Positions 22,910-36,600 of a stretch of DNA of 64,000 nucleotides are shown piece after piece. How positions within the stretch are numbered: the first letter of the stretch is position 1; each line of letters begins with the position of its first letter. Made by a program: the position numbers and the translations under genes. Source of the stretch: Patellaria atrata CBS 101060 (Eukaryota); assembly GCA_010093705.1 (NCBI GenBank), contig MU006114.1, positions 1-64,000 on the forward strand. Reading direction: 5' to 3'. A model generated the notes under the pieces. The model ran no database searches and was not told the origin of the DNA. It was given only the letters and a program-made list of their open reading frames with translations.

Positions 22910-24128
22910 CTAAGCCGCCTTCTTACCCTCACTCGGCTGCGAAACCTGGCGTCCCCTAAACCCCTTCATAACCTTCACAAGCCTCTGACGGAACCTATAC
23001 CTTACCCAAGCCGGCACCACCCCAACGACAGCCACAATCCAATGATTCCCCAACGGCAGCACAAACTCTCTACTCCGACCCTCCATCACCGCATCCACAA
23101 TAGCCCTCCCCACCGTCTCTGGATCCAGCGCATACATGAGCCATCCATCGCCGGCATCAAACCCCTCCGCCAACGCCGTAGCCGTGTGCCCCGGCGCCAC
23201 CAACACCGTGCGCACCCGCGGCGCGGCGAGCACAGTCGCCAGCTCGGCAGCGAGGCCCTCGTGGAAGGCAATGGCGGCTGCTTTGGAGGCGCCGTAGAGC
23301 GTCATGCTGGGCGCGAGGAGGCAGCCGGACACCGAGGCCACCGTGACGAGCATGCCGTGGTTTTGTTTTACCATGGACGGGAGGAAGGCGCGCGCAAGGT
23401 GGTAGTGCGAGAGGGTGTTTACGGCGAAGGTGGTGCGGATATCGGATGCGGAGAGGGAGGGGACGGGGCCGCCGCGCATGAGGCCGGCGTTGTTGATGAG
23501 GATTGTGGGGTTGCCTTGTTCGGTGCGGATTTGGGAGGCGGTGGAGGCTATGGCGGTGGGGGTTGCGAGGTCGCAGTTGTAGAAGTGGATGTTGGGGGGG
23601 ACTGAGGGGAGGTGAGTTTGAGGTTATGGTATGAGAAGTGGGAGGGACGGGGGGAGAGATGGACTTACGGTCGTATTTGGGTTCTTGAATATCTAATATG
23701 CATACTTCGATCCCATTCTCACTTAATAGCTTCACTATGTATGCTCCGATACCGTCACTTCCCCCCGTCACTACTACAAGCTCTTTATTCCAATCATAGG
23801 TATCCTCAACCCAATTGTTCATCACACCGCGGTCTAACCATTCGCTCACCTCTTTGATAAACCCAATAATGGCTAACAACCCGATATACCAGGCTGTTGT
23901 TGCAGGGTCATGAGTAAATGCTCGACCGAGAGCGGTATAACGGATGAAAAGGGCGAGTGGCACGGTTAGAACGGGGTTCAGGAAGGTCTTGCTGATGAGC
24001 AGGCCGAGGTCATCAGCCGTGAAAAGTTTACGGCGACCATGATTGTTATTGGTAGAGGGGAGGGGTTGCGATAGGTTATTGTGAGATCCATCTTCACGGG
24101 GAAATGTATCTTCGCTTTGGAGAGACAT
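22910..24128 (-). CDS. Short-chain dehydrogenase/reductase (retinol dehydrogenase/17bHSD11-like) with N-terminal hydrophobic segments; intron 23602-23668
   Basis: VVVTGGSDGIG, ILINNAG, TVASV, YGASK. A GTAAGT...CAG intron joins KYD-LPPNIHFYNCDL. Confidence 0.92.
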
Positions 24129-24692
24129 CTTGGCGTAATTGGAACAACAACCACAAATCTAAACTCAAAAGGTCGGTAAGTGAGTTTGAGGAGCAACTTA
24201 TACATATTTATTATCGGGCTCCAAACGACTTCTACGGTGGCGTAATGCGAAAAGCGTGAATAAAGAGGTCACATTCACATATCACATTGCGTTACCAACA
24301 CTTACTCTTCTTGCAACTTAGTAGCACCTGGGCGTTGAAAATCTGTTCATCGACTGATATAACTGCTTGGGTGTGTAATCATGGTAGGAAATCGGTGTTG
24401 TTCACGTCCCGGTTTTACAGAGTTGTACGATGGGGGTTTACGGATTAATAAGGCGTAGAAGACAGCAGAGTAAATAGAACCAGGAACTTATGAACTGGTA
24501 TGTTTATAGAAAGAAATATAATATTACTATAGAGAAAGAGAAAAATAATCCGAGGCAAAACAGCCATGCTATGCTTTCCCTCCAATTCCCAATAAACTCC
24601 AAGGAGATTCGTGATCAAGCCTGAACTGAAAAAAAATCTTACAAAAAGAAACCTTCAAGCTCTAAACGCCATATGGACAAAGGGTCAGTTCT

Positions 24693-27600
24693 CTATATCA
24701 TACCACTCCCACTATCCATCGCATCTGTCATGGCCACACTGGCCGTAGACCTTCTCGGGTCCATCTCCATAGCTCCACTCAATACCCTAACAACTTTCTT
24801 ATTTCCCTGCGGCTTCGCCACCAGCACTTGCGCCGGACAAACAACAATTTCCTCCTCTCCCTCACCAAAATCATCTCCCTTCTTCACCACTAACGGAAAC
24901 AAGACAATCTTTACTACCGCCATTCTATCCTGGAGATCTTCATTAGAGGTAGTATCACCACTCCGCTCGTTCATGAGTTCGGCGTTGAAGTATACTTTGC
25001 GGGCGAGGTCACCGTTGGTGTCATACTCAGGCTGCAGAGGGGGGAGCATGATGTATTCTGCGCGTTGTGTGCGCATCTCGATGGATAGTTCAACGGCAAG
25101 ACGCATAACGTTAGTGAGAGATTGTCGGAGCTGCCTCTCGAATTGTGGAGGAGGTGGAAGTAGTGTGGACAATGTGCGGAAGATTTCCTCAACAACTGCT
25201 TCTGTGTCTAATGCTCGTTGTTGCAAGAAACTCTCACGTTTTGAGAGCAGTGTAAGCGTGATTGCACGCCATTGAGCTACTGCTCGTTGTGGGCCTATAA
25301 ATAATTAGTATTTGCATGGTTTAGCATACACAAGAAATAGAAACATACCAGTTTCATTCAATATCTTCTCAAGCGACTTCAACCTCTGTCTCTGTTCCCG
25401 GTCCATACCGAATAGGTAACGAGTAAACACATATTCCCAAACCATAGACATCACAAGAGACATGAAGACATCTCTTCGTTTGGTGCGATCAGCGAGAAGC
25501 ATATCGACATCGGAACCATCAAGGAGAGCATTATCAAGCCTTGTCTCAATCTTTTCATCGTGAAGTTCCGAAGACAAACGACACGCTCTGGTATCCGAGA
25601 ATTTAGAGAAGCGAACGACCCATTGCTGCATGTGTTGGCAGAGTTTTTGACAAGCAGAGTCAAAATAGTCCTCATCTCGGATCACAAGGAAGCTTTCCCC
25701 TTGCTTCTGGGTTAGTAACTGAGCTTGCAATGCTTTGATCTGGGCCATTGCATGGTCAAGCTCCTCCTGAAGGCGCTGAAGCTCTGCATTCTTGTCTTTC
25801 AGAGCGTTAGCAATCTCGTCGCGGACGATCCCTTCCATGCCAGCAGTCACAGTGTTGTGCTGATGCCGTAGCAGCTCCAAGCCTTTGGCAGCCTCTTGCC
25901 ATTGCGCCTGAGCATGTTCGCTCTCCTCTTGAAGCTGCGCATATCGTTGAGTAGTATCAGCAGCAAGGTTCTTGTTGGCTTCCGTCAAGTCCTGATTGAG
26001 CTTGGTAAGTCTCACGATTTCATTTCGCAGGCCTTCAACAATACTATTGGCCTGGATGAGTTCTGCCTCTTTCGCTTTTAGCTGGTTGTCACGTGCTTCG
26101 ACAGCCTCAGCAACCGCGCGACTGTTATGATATTGTGCATCTTGAGCAGAGTCTTCCGCACGTGATTTCGCTTCTTGCAGAAGTCTATTTTCTGATGCGA
26201 GTTGATCGAGTCGCGACTCTAAATCCAGAATTTGCATGCTTTGGCGTTTTCGCACGCTCGGCGGTCGCGTTGGTGACATAGGCGATCCATGCGCATCGCC
26301 CCACCCTTCCTAAATTTCAAAAACACGTCAGTCATCTATAAGAATGATTATACATCAGGTTCAGGTATATAAACTTACATAGACATTATCAATGTCCATA
26401 GCGCGAGACTTGCCCTTGTCTTTGACGCGGTCGTAGTTTGAAGGGCCTGCGATAGTGGGAGTATCTATTATTTGTTGTGACCCTTTAGCGCCACCCGATT
26501 TGTTCTTGGCCTCAGCCAGCCGACTTGCGGCTCTAAGGTCGCCTGAAAGCTGGCGATCAACTCTTCGTAGCGGTGGAGTTGCTGATCGATTACTCAATGC
26601 ACTTGAAGGTCGAAGATGTTCTGGTGTCTTAAATCTAGTGATACTTGCTCCGGACCTGTCGCTCAATGCGCTGGGTGACCGCTTTTCCACATCACTACGT
26701 TTGACTGGATCACCGCGCAAACTACGGTCAAGTCCGACTGTTTCCTTGTCCTCATCGACAGGTGGCCAAGGGAGGCGTGCAAGTGGCTCGTCTATTGAGA
26801 GAGTATTCTTTGGAGTATCCTTAGGAGTTACAGTTCGTTGTCTAGCGTCTGCTGTTAGGAAGCTCGCAGGAGTTTGAGGGGCTGGAGATGAGAGGCGTTC
26901 TTGTACAGGTGTCTTTGCTCGTCGTAGAGTTTTGACACCACGTTCTGGAGTTCCAACATCAGAGATGTGTCGGCTTTTCTTGCTAAGTGGCGATTCATCG
27001 GGACTGTGACTATATTCGCGAATCGGATCCAGTGGTACACTAGGAGATCTGATATGCCCTCTTGATGGTGTAGTGAATGACTTGTGATGCGCGTTATTAT
27101 CGCCGCCGAAAATTGATGGAGGATCAATGTGCTCTACACGGGATGATGATTTGGATGTGATGGGTGTTACGTGTTCGACTGATTCACGGACATCACTAGA
27201 ACTCGGAGATAGGATAGCTTTAGTCGAGTGAAGTCTTGAAGGAGTATGTTGATGTGGTGCAGGAGAATCTTGCATTACACTGCGGTTGGATGGAGAAGAC
27301 TTGAAGAGGACTGATGTTCGATCTTTGGATGTAGAATCAACAGCCGAAGGCGAGGAAATTCCCCTAACTGACGGCGGCCCTGGTAAAAATGAACCTTCGT
27401 CTTCCTCGTGTCCCTTACGGGGCGTAGTAGTAGCTTCCAACGACCTTGGAGGCTCCTCTGGTTCGCTTGGGATTATTTGACGGGCATAATCATTCGCTAT
27501 GGTAGTCTCCCACTCTGGGTCAACTTCAATCGATATTCTCATGCCTTCCGTTTCCGGTCCGTGGTTATCGTGAGGCGCTGGAGAACGCGTGAGCTCTCGA

Positions 27601-30600
27601 CTGCCGACATTTTCGTGAAGCTCATATTGCGGCAGACTACGTTGTCCACTCAGAGACGTTACCGGCTGAGGATAAACAGTCTGACTTGAAGGTCGTGTTG
27701 GAGCTTTATGAAACCCGCTATCGCGAACAAGCTCGCGAGCTGTTACATCCTGGGAGAGGAATGGTAAATCTCCGACATGGACAGCACTATCACGAGTTTC
27801 AGGGAATGACCACGTTGTCTCGAGAGCAGCTGTTAGTCCCTGAGAACTCGGTGGTCGTTCTACTGGTAGATCCACATCCAAACTTCGGGGTAAAGCTTGT
27901 TCTGTGACGCTCGAAGGCAATGGTAAAGACTCATCGCGCAAAGTTTGCGAAACTGGTGGCTCGAAAGGTTGATGTTGAGCTACTTCGTGTATCTCTTCTT
28001 GACGCTCAAATTGCTCTGGCTCTCGGTGAACTTCAACTTGCACTGGTACTTGTTCAGTTTCTGTAGGAGGCTTGGGCACGAACGTTTTGTCTACGTCCAA
28101 TTCCTCCGCTGGCGTCACAGGCTCGCTTAATTTGCTTCCTCTCTTGTTCTTTTTCCCTTTCTTCTTAGGTTTGGAGAGAGCAAAATCTTCAACATCATTG
28201 ATGGCTTTTGGAAATTGTTCGGTAGGAAGAGACCTGTCTTCTTCTGACAAGACCAACTCTGGAGCCGGCGCCTCGAAGGTAGGTGTTGTGGGTTGCTCAT
28301 CGTGAAGATCTTTCATTTTAGACTTCGCCTTTTCACCCTTTTTCTTTTCTGGAATACCCCATTCTTGCTCATCCTCTACCCTTGTTGCTGATTGCTGTTC
28401 CACAAATTCGGTTTGCACCTTATCAACTTGCGGTGGACTGGCTAAGGCAAGAACCACGTCATCACGTTGTGGCTCGATATCTCTGCTCTCGCTACCTAAT
28501 GCCGGCTCTTCGACGTCGTATATGAATGGCGTTGGTCCTTGAGTATTGCTCTGGGCGGTAAAATCGTCGGGAATTGGCTGAGTAGCATCCACTACTTCCT
28601 CTGGTATCGGCGGGATATCCTCTACCGATATAGGTTTAGGCGAACTGACAACCTCTCTACTCTCCTCAACCATATCTTTGTCGATAACAATAGGTGTATC
28701 AATATCCATCTCTTCTGGCACAGGACTCATCATCTTCTTGCCTTCGCCAGTAGCGAAGTCCTTTTCATTAACACCAACCACTTCCTGTTGTTCTGGCTCT
28801 TCTTCAAGATCATGCTTGACTTCTTCCTCTAGTTCTTCTAAGGGGAACATGCGACGAATTTCGTCGGCCGCATTCCGAGTAGCTGTATCTGCTCTCTGCA
28901 ATGGAATTTTCGGTACCGAACTAGATAATTCATCCTCTTTCTTGAGAATTTCCGGTCCATCCTTGAACGACTTCTTCCCACCCTTCTTGCCCTTCTTTTT
29001 CGACTTTGAAGTCCTATCGTCCACTCCTTTGTCTTCAGATTGGTCTCCAAGTTGTTGGGTTTCCGTACTGGTAGGATGAGTATCTTCGATCAAAGATGTG
29101 GATACGTCTGCAACACTAGGCTCGTGCATCGCTTGAACAATTTCAGGTATCACAGCGTCCCCTCTGTCTTGGCCGATATGGAGTGCCTCGCACAATGACG
29201 ACACAATATTCTCCCTTGAATCCTCTGCAATCACTGGCAGTTCTCTCACTTCGCCCTCTATCTTATCCTCCTCTGCTGGTGTGACAAATCTTGGAGTCTC
29301 AGGATCCGGTGTCGCGAAGCTCGGCGTCTCTCGGGCAGACTTATACGCGGGAGTCTCTGCCGTTGGAGTCTCAACAGCAGCGGGCATAACCGTGGGAGCC
29401 TCGGTTGCTGGAGTCTCGACAATTGGTAGAGTCTCAACCTCGTCGAGTCCACCTGAGCGCTTCTTTTCCTTCTTCGCTTTCTTGCCTTCCTTCTTCGCTG
29501 TGTATGACCAGTAGTCTTCTTGTTCGGTCGGTTGGGAGGACCCTGCCGTGACAGAAGTTACATCTTCAAAAGGAGTGGGAAGATCAGAAGGTGGTTCGGA
29601 AGCTGAAACGCTTCTCATTCGTTGATCGTAAGGTGTAGTGTATTCGTTGGGATCGACACCAGGGGTAACTGCTGCAGTGACTGGCTGCGAAACATCCCCA
29701 ACAGAAGGAACGTTGACAACATCCGGTGTAGCAGGTTGACTCTTCTTCCCCTTTTTGCCTTTCTTTCCCTTCTTCTGGGTTGGGAAATACTCTTCGGGGT
29801 CAGCCTCTGCTTGCTTTAGTGATGTCTTCAATTCAGAAAATAATGCATCATTTAACACTAAGCTTGGATCAAATCCGGAATTTTCAAGACCTTTAGCAAG
29901 TGTTGCTGCAAAATCATCTTCTTGAATAGGCTGATGGGAGGTTGATGGTTGACCAAGGGATTCTATTGGACCGATGGAAGGATTTCTGCTTCTCTTTCCC
30001 TTCTTGTTCTTCTTTGATCGGTTTAGTACTATGTCTTCCTCTGGATCTGCTTCAGCAACTGAAGCAGTCGGTGAAGCTTGTCTGAGAAAGGTGGGATCCG
30101 AGAGAACTAGGTTTGGATCGAAACCGGAATCTTCTAAACCAGCAGCAACTGCAGCCGCAAAGTCGATTTCCTTAGAAGGAGACTGAGCACACTCATCGTC
30201 TAAAGCCAGATCCTTCGTCGTTTCACCGACAACATGGATAGGTTCATCGATGATAGGGACTGGCTCTTCTATGTTTTGAATGGGCTCTTCTATAGAAGTT
30301 GATGGATCCGTAGTCCCTTCGTCGATCTCTGGTAAAGACACCGACGGAATTCGGTTTTTCTTCCCTTTCTTCTTCTTTGCGGTGAAGACAGGAAATTCAG
30401 GCTCCGCACTAGGAGTTTCGACAAGTCTAGCAATAGATTCATCAGCGACGATGTCTTCGGGTAGCACAGATTCAATGAGTTCAACATTTCGCTCGGAATT
30501 TGGTTCTACTAGCTCCTGTATTTCGTTTTCTTTGGGTGTGACTGTAAAAATTGGTTCTTGCTCAGCATATTCATGGGAAGTAACTTCAGAGGGTATGGTG

Positions 30601-33600
30601 GTTGACTCTTCAACATGAGGGACAGAAACTTCTTCATGTAGAGGTTGTACTAAAAGTGTTTCAGTAGCAATATGTTGTGCAATGTTTTGGGCGCTCTCGG
30701 GAATGCTAGATTCTTGATAATGCTCAACAACCGCACTGGAGTAAGACAATGGTAGAACAGTGGTTTGGGTAGATGGTTCTATGGCGTCAGTAACTGGACC
30801 GTGAGCAGTGACACTAGTTTTCACCGGTTGTAGTATATCATCCACTATCATTAGATCATTCAAGTTGTTAGCGTCTTGATCCGGTGTCGAAGGTTCGATG
30901 CTCTTCTTATCTATCTCCATAGGATCAATTCTTAAGGTAGGGAGCTCTCGAGGTAAAGGCTCTTCAGGTGTAGTTGTGGCTTGTTCGCCAAGCTCTTCAT
31001 CGAATGAAAACACTTTTGACTTCTTCCCCTTCCGCGTATCCTTCTTTGCATTCTTGCTTAGAGTGATAGTATCCGCAGAAGTCTGAATCTCTTCATTACT
31101 CTCGAAACTGGCCTGTTTCTCTTGAGGGTCAGGAATATTTGTGTCTACTGAGGTTTCATGCGTCAAGACTGGGACGTCATTTTGTAAGTTCGATGGACCT
31201 GGAGCATTAAGATCGGCTTGAGGTTCTACTAAAGCTTCCAGAGAGGGGTCTTCAAAGTCCAAGGACATTACTCGTGCTTTCTTACCCTTCTTCCGATCCT
31301 TCTTGCTTGTCTTTGTGCTAAACGGAACAAATTCAGGAACACTAGAGGATTCAGGTATAGAGTCTTGTTCGGCCATTATTTCAGTTTCTTCTTGTTCTCC
31401 ACTGAGTGTTGGCACGTTAACATCTTGAGCATCGACGAGTTGAAAGTCCCCTTGAGAGACATCTGCGACGCGAAAGACGTCTCGCTCTGTCGATTCATAG
31501 GGTGTTTCTACTTCAGAAACTACCTCGACAGCTTGTTCCGTGTGTTCAGCTGAAACAATTACAGCAGATGGTTCCTCAACTAGTTGCTTTGTAATTAATG
31601 GAGCGGAGCGGTCTTCCTGTGAGACTGAAACATCATCAGCTCTCGTGCTTTCCGGTAGACTCTGGGCAGTAACGGCTCCCGTGGGGAGAGAGATAGCAGT
31701 ATCCAGAGTTGTTTCCTCGGAAGGAGTTAAAGTTCCCTTCTTGCTCCTTCTCTTTTCCTTTTTGTTCTTTTTCTTGGTGGGAGCGCTGCATTCTACAGGG
31801 ACAACTTCCGAAGTGTCAACAGCTTCAAATTGGGCGACGTGGGGTTCTGTGGTAACTTCAAGTGGAATGTTATCACCGCCAACAAGCTCTTTCTCTATAT
31901 TTTTAAGAGCATCTTCAGTTGGGATTTGTAAATTAGAGATTTCAGGTTCCTTGGTGATAGGTAAAACCTCAGTCCTTCGGTCATCAAGTGGAATATCTGC
32001 GTTAGGGGTTTCTTGACTCATTTCAAGGCCCAGTTCAAGATCCTTGGATACAGTAGCAGTCCCTACATCTTCAGCTTGGACTGCGGGTCCCTTGTCCAAA
32101 ACAGCAGTGGATGGAGCTTCGTCTTGGCCGAGCATTGTTTTACCCCGATGGTCCTCGTCAGAGGGTAGTTCTAGCTTACCCACTTCAACGGACTGTGTCA
32201 ATGGCTCGGACGTTTCCGTGTTAAGAGCGACGGGAAGCGGAGCTTGCTCAGGAATATTCACAGGAGATTCAGCAATATCCGTTGATGTGAACTGTTCTGG
32301 AATTGTGATCTTCGAACCGAGCTTGGGAGATTTTGGAGGTACAGCAGTATCGGTTGATACAAAGGTTTCTGGAAGTTTGATCTTCGAACCCTTCATAGAG
32401 GGCTTCGGTAACGGCTGTTCAGGCTGACGTTCGAACATTGCTGACAATTTGCTGATCTTACCGGACTTCTTTACATCCCTCTTAATCTTCGGTTCCATAG
32501 TCTCTACTTCAGTGGGCATATCTCTCGGAGGTTTACCGATTGACTCTAGAGTGGGTGCACTCGCCGGTTCACGTACAGGTCTAGGTGAATCCCAATCGGT
32601 GCGTTGCTCCCCTTTCCTCCCTTTTCTTCCTTTCGCTCCTTCGAAACCCCAGACATCCTCAGCAGGTTCCACAGGTTGAGATGTCTCTTTGTTGAGTTTG
32701 GGCGCTTGCAGTATTGCTTCGTTGAGCGCAGGTACTTGCTTAATCTTTTCAGGCTCGGGTAATCGCATCATTTCCTTTGCGACTTTAGGTATTTCCTGGG
32801 TCTTTTTCCTTATCTCAGATACATCTCCGAGAGTCTGTTCCTCGAATCTAAGAGTTTCAGGTGTTATGTCTGGTTGGATGGGGAATGTGGCTTCCATCAA
32901 AGATCGTTGCTTGTTTTGCTTAATTTTCTCGTCTTCTTCAGGACCGAAAAAAACAGGCTCTGTTCCGGCTGTCTTGTTAGTATTGGTAGATGGGTTGATA
33001 CTCTCTGAACTGGGGAAGGTCTCTTCCACTGTATCTGGAATTGTTTTGATGATTTCCGGTACATCATTAGCAGGAGGTGTTGAAGGAACAGAGTCTCGTT
33101 TTCCCTTCTTTTCCTTCTTGCCTTTCGAAGGTAAAACCGGGTCCGGAAGAGATTCTACTTGTGGTAGTTCCGGCAGCAAAGGTTGACCCGTGGCCTCAGT
33201 TGTAAGTGGTATAACAGCTTCAATATAAGATTCTGGTACGAAATCCGCTATTGCGAGCGGCTCAATCAATCGACGCCCCTCGGCAATGGGTTGAGCCTCC
33301 TCAGCGATGGGTTGTAACTCTTGAACGACGGATTGAGGTACTGCATCAACACCTGTGGGTTGATCAGCGACGGGTGCATCCTCTACGACAGGTGGAGCCT
33401 TTTCGGTTTCGTCATCTCTCGGCAAAGGCGGTAATGTCGAGATCTCATCAATGTGTTCCTGGTTTTGGGAAATAGTAGGTATAGAAATCTGTTCCAGACT
33501 ATGACCTTCTGAGGCTGGTGTAGCTTCTGCCGGGATCGGAGCATGCGTTCGCTCCTCGTCTTTACTTGGTATGACCGAGGGCTCAGTTTCCACAGTCGTT

Positions 33601-36600
33601 TGCTTGGGCTCAAAGGTTGGTGGAGATTTGGCATCTTTACTCTCTAAACCAGAGAGATCTCCGGCAACTGCACTCTGGTATGGTCCGACGGAGCCTTCAA
33701 TTGCAGCGTCTTTACTTGTTCCGTCGTGCACTGCGATATGCTCTGGTTCTGGAGACACAATTGGAGTGGTGGTTCCGGAAGCTTTCTTACCCTTCTTCCC
33801 TTTCTTTGACTTCTTACTGGGTGTAACTACAAAGTCCTCAGCAGGCCCTTCGGCTGGTGCTATCGTTGGGACGGTAGTCTGAATCTCCTCGAACTGAGGG
33901 ATATTTAGCTCTTTCGAGGTTTCAGTAATCGTAGGCACTGAGGGTTCAGTTCCAACCTCTTTGATATCCGGTTCAGGCTCTTCAAGGACTGAAGGTGTGC
34001 TAAGTATAGAAATTTTCTTGCTTTTCTTTCCTTTCTTACCCTTCTTGGTAGCCGTTGGCCAAGCGTCCTCGGACGGTTGTTCCGCTAATGGTAATTCACT
34101 ACTTGAGACATCTGGGATTTCTATAAGCACGGGAGTCTCAATGGGCCGCGTTTCGTTCTCCAGAGTTAGAGGTTGAGAGGCCTGGGTCTCATGTGGTTCC
34201 TCAACGAGCTCGGGTGTTTCAAGAACGGGAGGAGTGCTTAGTACAGACGTCTTTTTGCCTTTCTTTCCTTTCTTCCCCTTCTTCGTAGGTGCCCATGTTT
34301 CTTCGGAATGGTCCTCAACTACAGGTGTGCTGGCTTCAGTGGCCACTTCTTTAATTTCAGGTTCAGAAGCAGGCACTTCGATTTCGCGTTCAGGAGCAAC
34401 CTCAATGATCTCAGTTTGAGAGATATCGGCAACATAGGTATTCAGCTCGTTGGTTCGGGGAAGAGCTGGTGAAATTGGAGCTGTTTCTTCGGTGGACTCG
34501 AGCGTTTCAAGAATAGGAGGAGTACTTGGGACAGAAGTTCGTTTGCCTTTCTCTCCTTTCCCTGTGGGTGCCAAGATCTCCTGAGCAGGGACTCCGGCCG
34601 TAGATGTATCGCGTTCAAGAGTAACATCTTGGACTTGAGGTTCAGGAGCAACCTCTTCAATTTCTGGCTGACGGGTATCAATGACTTGCTGCTCTGTCTC
34701 AATGGTTAAGGGAACAGTGGGTTCAATGGGAACTGTTTCCTCAACAAGCTCAGGTGTTTCGAGGACAGTAGGGGTGCTTGGTGCGGAGCCTCGTTTCCCT
34801 CTCTTTCCTTTCTTTGACTTCTTGCTACTCGTCAATTTCAGGTCGTCAACTGGTTCATCTGTGGGCTGAATTGGAATTTCCGAGGTGATTGCTGCATCTT
34901 CAGAAGTAGTTACAGGTTCTACTATGGATTCTATAGAGATAGATTCAGTGGGGCGCAGCTGAGGTATATCTTCGGTGGGTTTAGGCGTTTCAAGGACTGG
35001 AGGTGTGGTTGGTATGGAAGCGCGCTTGCTCTTCTTTCCCTTCTTTGATTTCTTCGTGGGTGCCGATATTTCTTCAGCTGGTTCCTCTGCCAAGAGACTC
35101 TCCGTTATGAGATTTAGTGATCCTTCTTCGATAGGTGTTTCCGGTACTATTGGGACCTGTGCCAGTTCTCGAGTATCATCACTTGTAGTTTTGTCTTGAT
35201 CTTCTCTTATTTGATTGGTGAGAGGTTGTATGGGCACCTGTAGATTAGCTTCTTTACTTGTCCAAAATTGAGGTTCTTCATCAAGGAAAGTTGATTCGGT
35301 GACAGATTTACGCTTGTTTTTCTTTGTCTTCTTCAGTTTATGGGGCATAAATTCTTCGACTGCACTACTGATGCTTTCGTCTCTTGGAATTTCCTCAACT
35401 TGAGCCTGTTCTGCTCTATCGCTCTCAACTTCGGAGGGGCCTGTTATGATGATTGGGTCCTGAGTGTGTTCCTCAAGGGACTTTTCAACAGTGTGTACCT
35501 CAGGTAAAAGAGTCTCAGGCAATTGTTTCTCTGGCTCCTTAGGTTTGCTGGACTCCTCGTCGAAGGTCGGGATGGAAGCAGAAGGAATGCCAATGTTAGC
35601 AGAAGCAAGTTCCTCTGGCGCTTCAGCAGCAGGCAAAGGTATCTCAAGAGCGTCTTTAGGTAATTCCTGGACAGAAGGCAATGGTTCGATAACAGTCTCC
35701 GTGGGCGTTTCAAAGGACGGCTGCTTGGCAGTTTCAACAAGAGATACCAAGGTGGACTTTGGCTGTTCCTCTTCTATTGCGGGAAGTAGCTCTTCAGGTG
35801 AAGCAGCGAGTTCTTTGAGGGGTTCAACAACAGGCTCATCCGCTACATCAAGAGGCTCTCTGGTAGCTTCTAAGATAGGCTCATGGGAGACTGCAATGCC
35901 AGGCTCTTCAATAGGCGTACTAATGCCCGACGCTTTCTTTTCCTTCTTGCCTTTCTTGGCCTTCTTCTCCTTCTTGGTTATTGCAGGAACTAGTGTGTCA
36001 ATTAGTTCCCCTGTCATATCCTCAGGGATGACCACTGTTTGCTCGGGAAAGGGTAATTCTCGCTCCGTAATGATCGATAGGTTTTCTTCTCGGCTTTCAG
36101 AAGGTCCTGTAATGGTGAAGGAAGATGGCTCAAATAGAGATTCATCGAGAACAGGTGGAGTGCTAGGGACGGACTTCTGCTGCTTCTTCTTGCACTTTTT
36201 GCCTTGCCCAGTTGGTGGCCATACAAACTCGTCCTGAACTGCAACGGGATCAAGTGTGGGAAGGTCCTTCTCAAGACCTCGTTCAGTAGATTCCGTAGGC
36301 TCTATCTCTACAGCTAATTTCTTCTCGGATAGTTCGAAGCTTGGTTGATTCACCAGAGTTTTTGGAGCAGCGGTGACGGCAGGTTCAGCGTCTTGATCAA
36401 AGTTCAAGGTCGTCGGCGGTCCGACTTGCTCTTGTATGAACATTTGGTGATCATCTTGATAGAGTACAGGCGTTTGTTCAATTTCTGGGGTCTCGGATGG
36501 GGTGACCTTCGGTAACGATTCACGATCCGGTTGAAAACTAGGTGCGTTATCTTGCTCAACAACACAGCCCTCTATGACGAGCTCCGAAGGGGTTTCAGCT

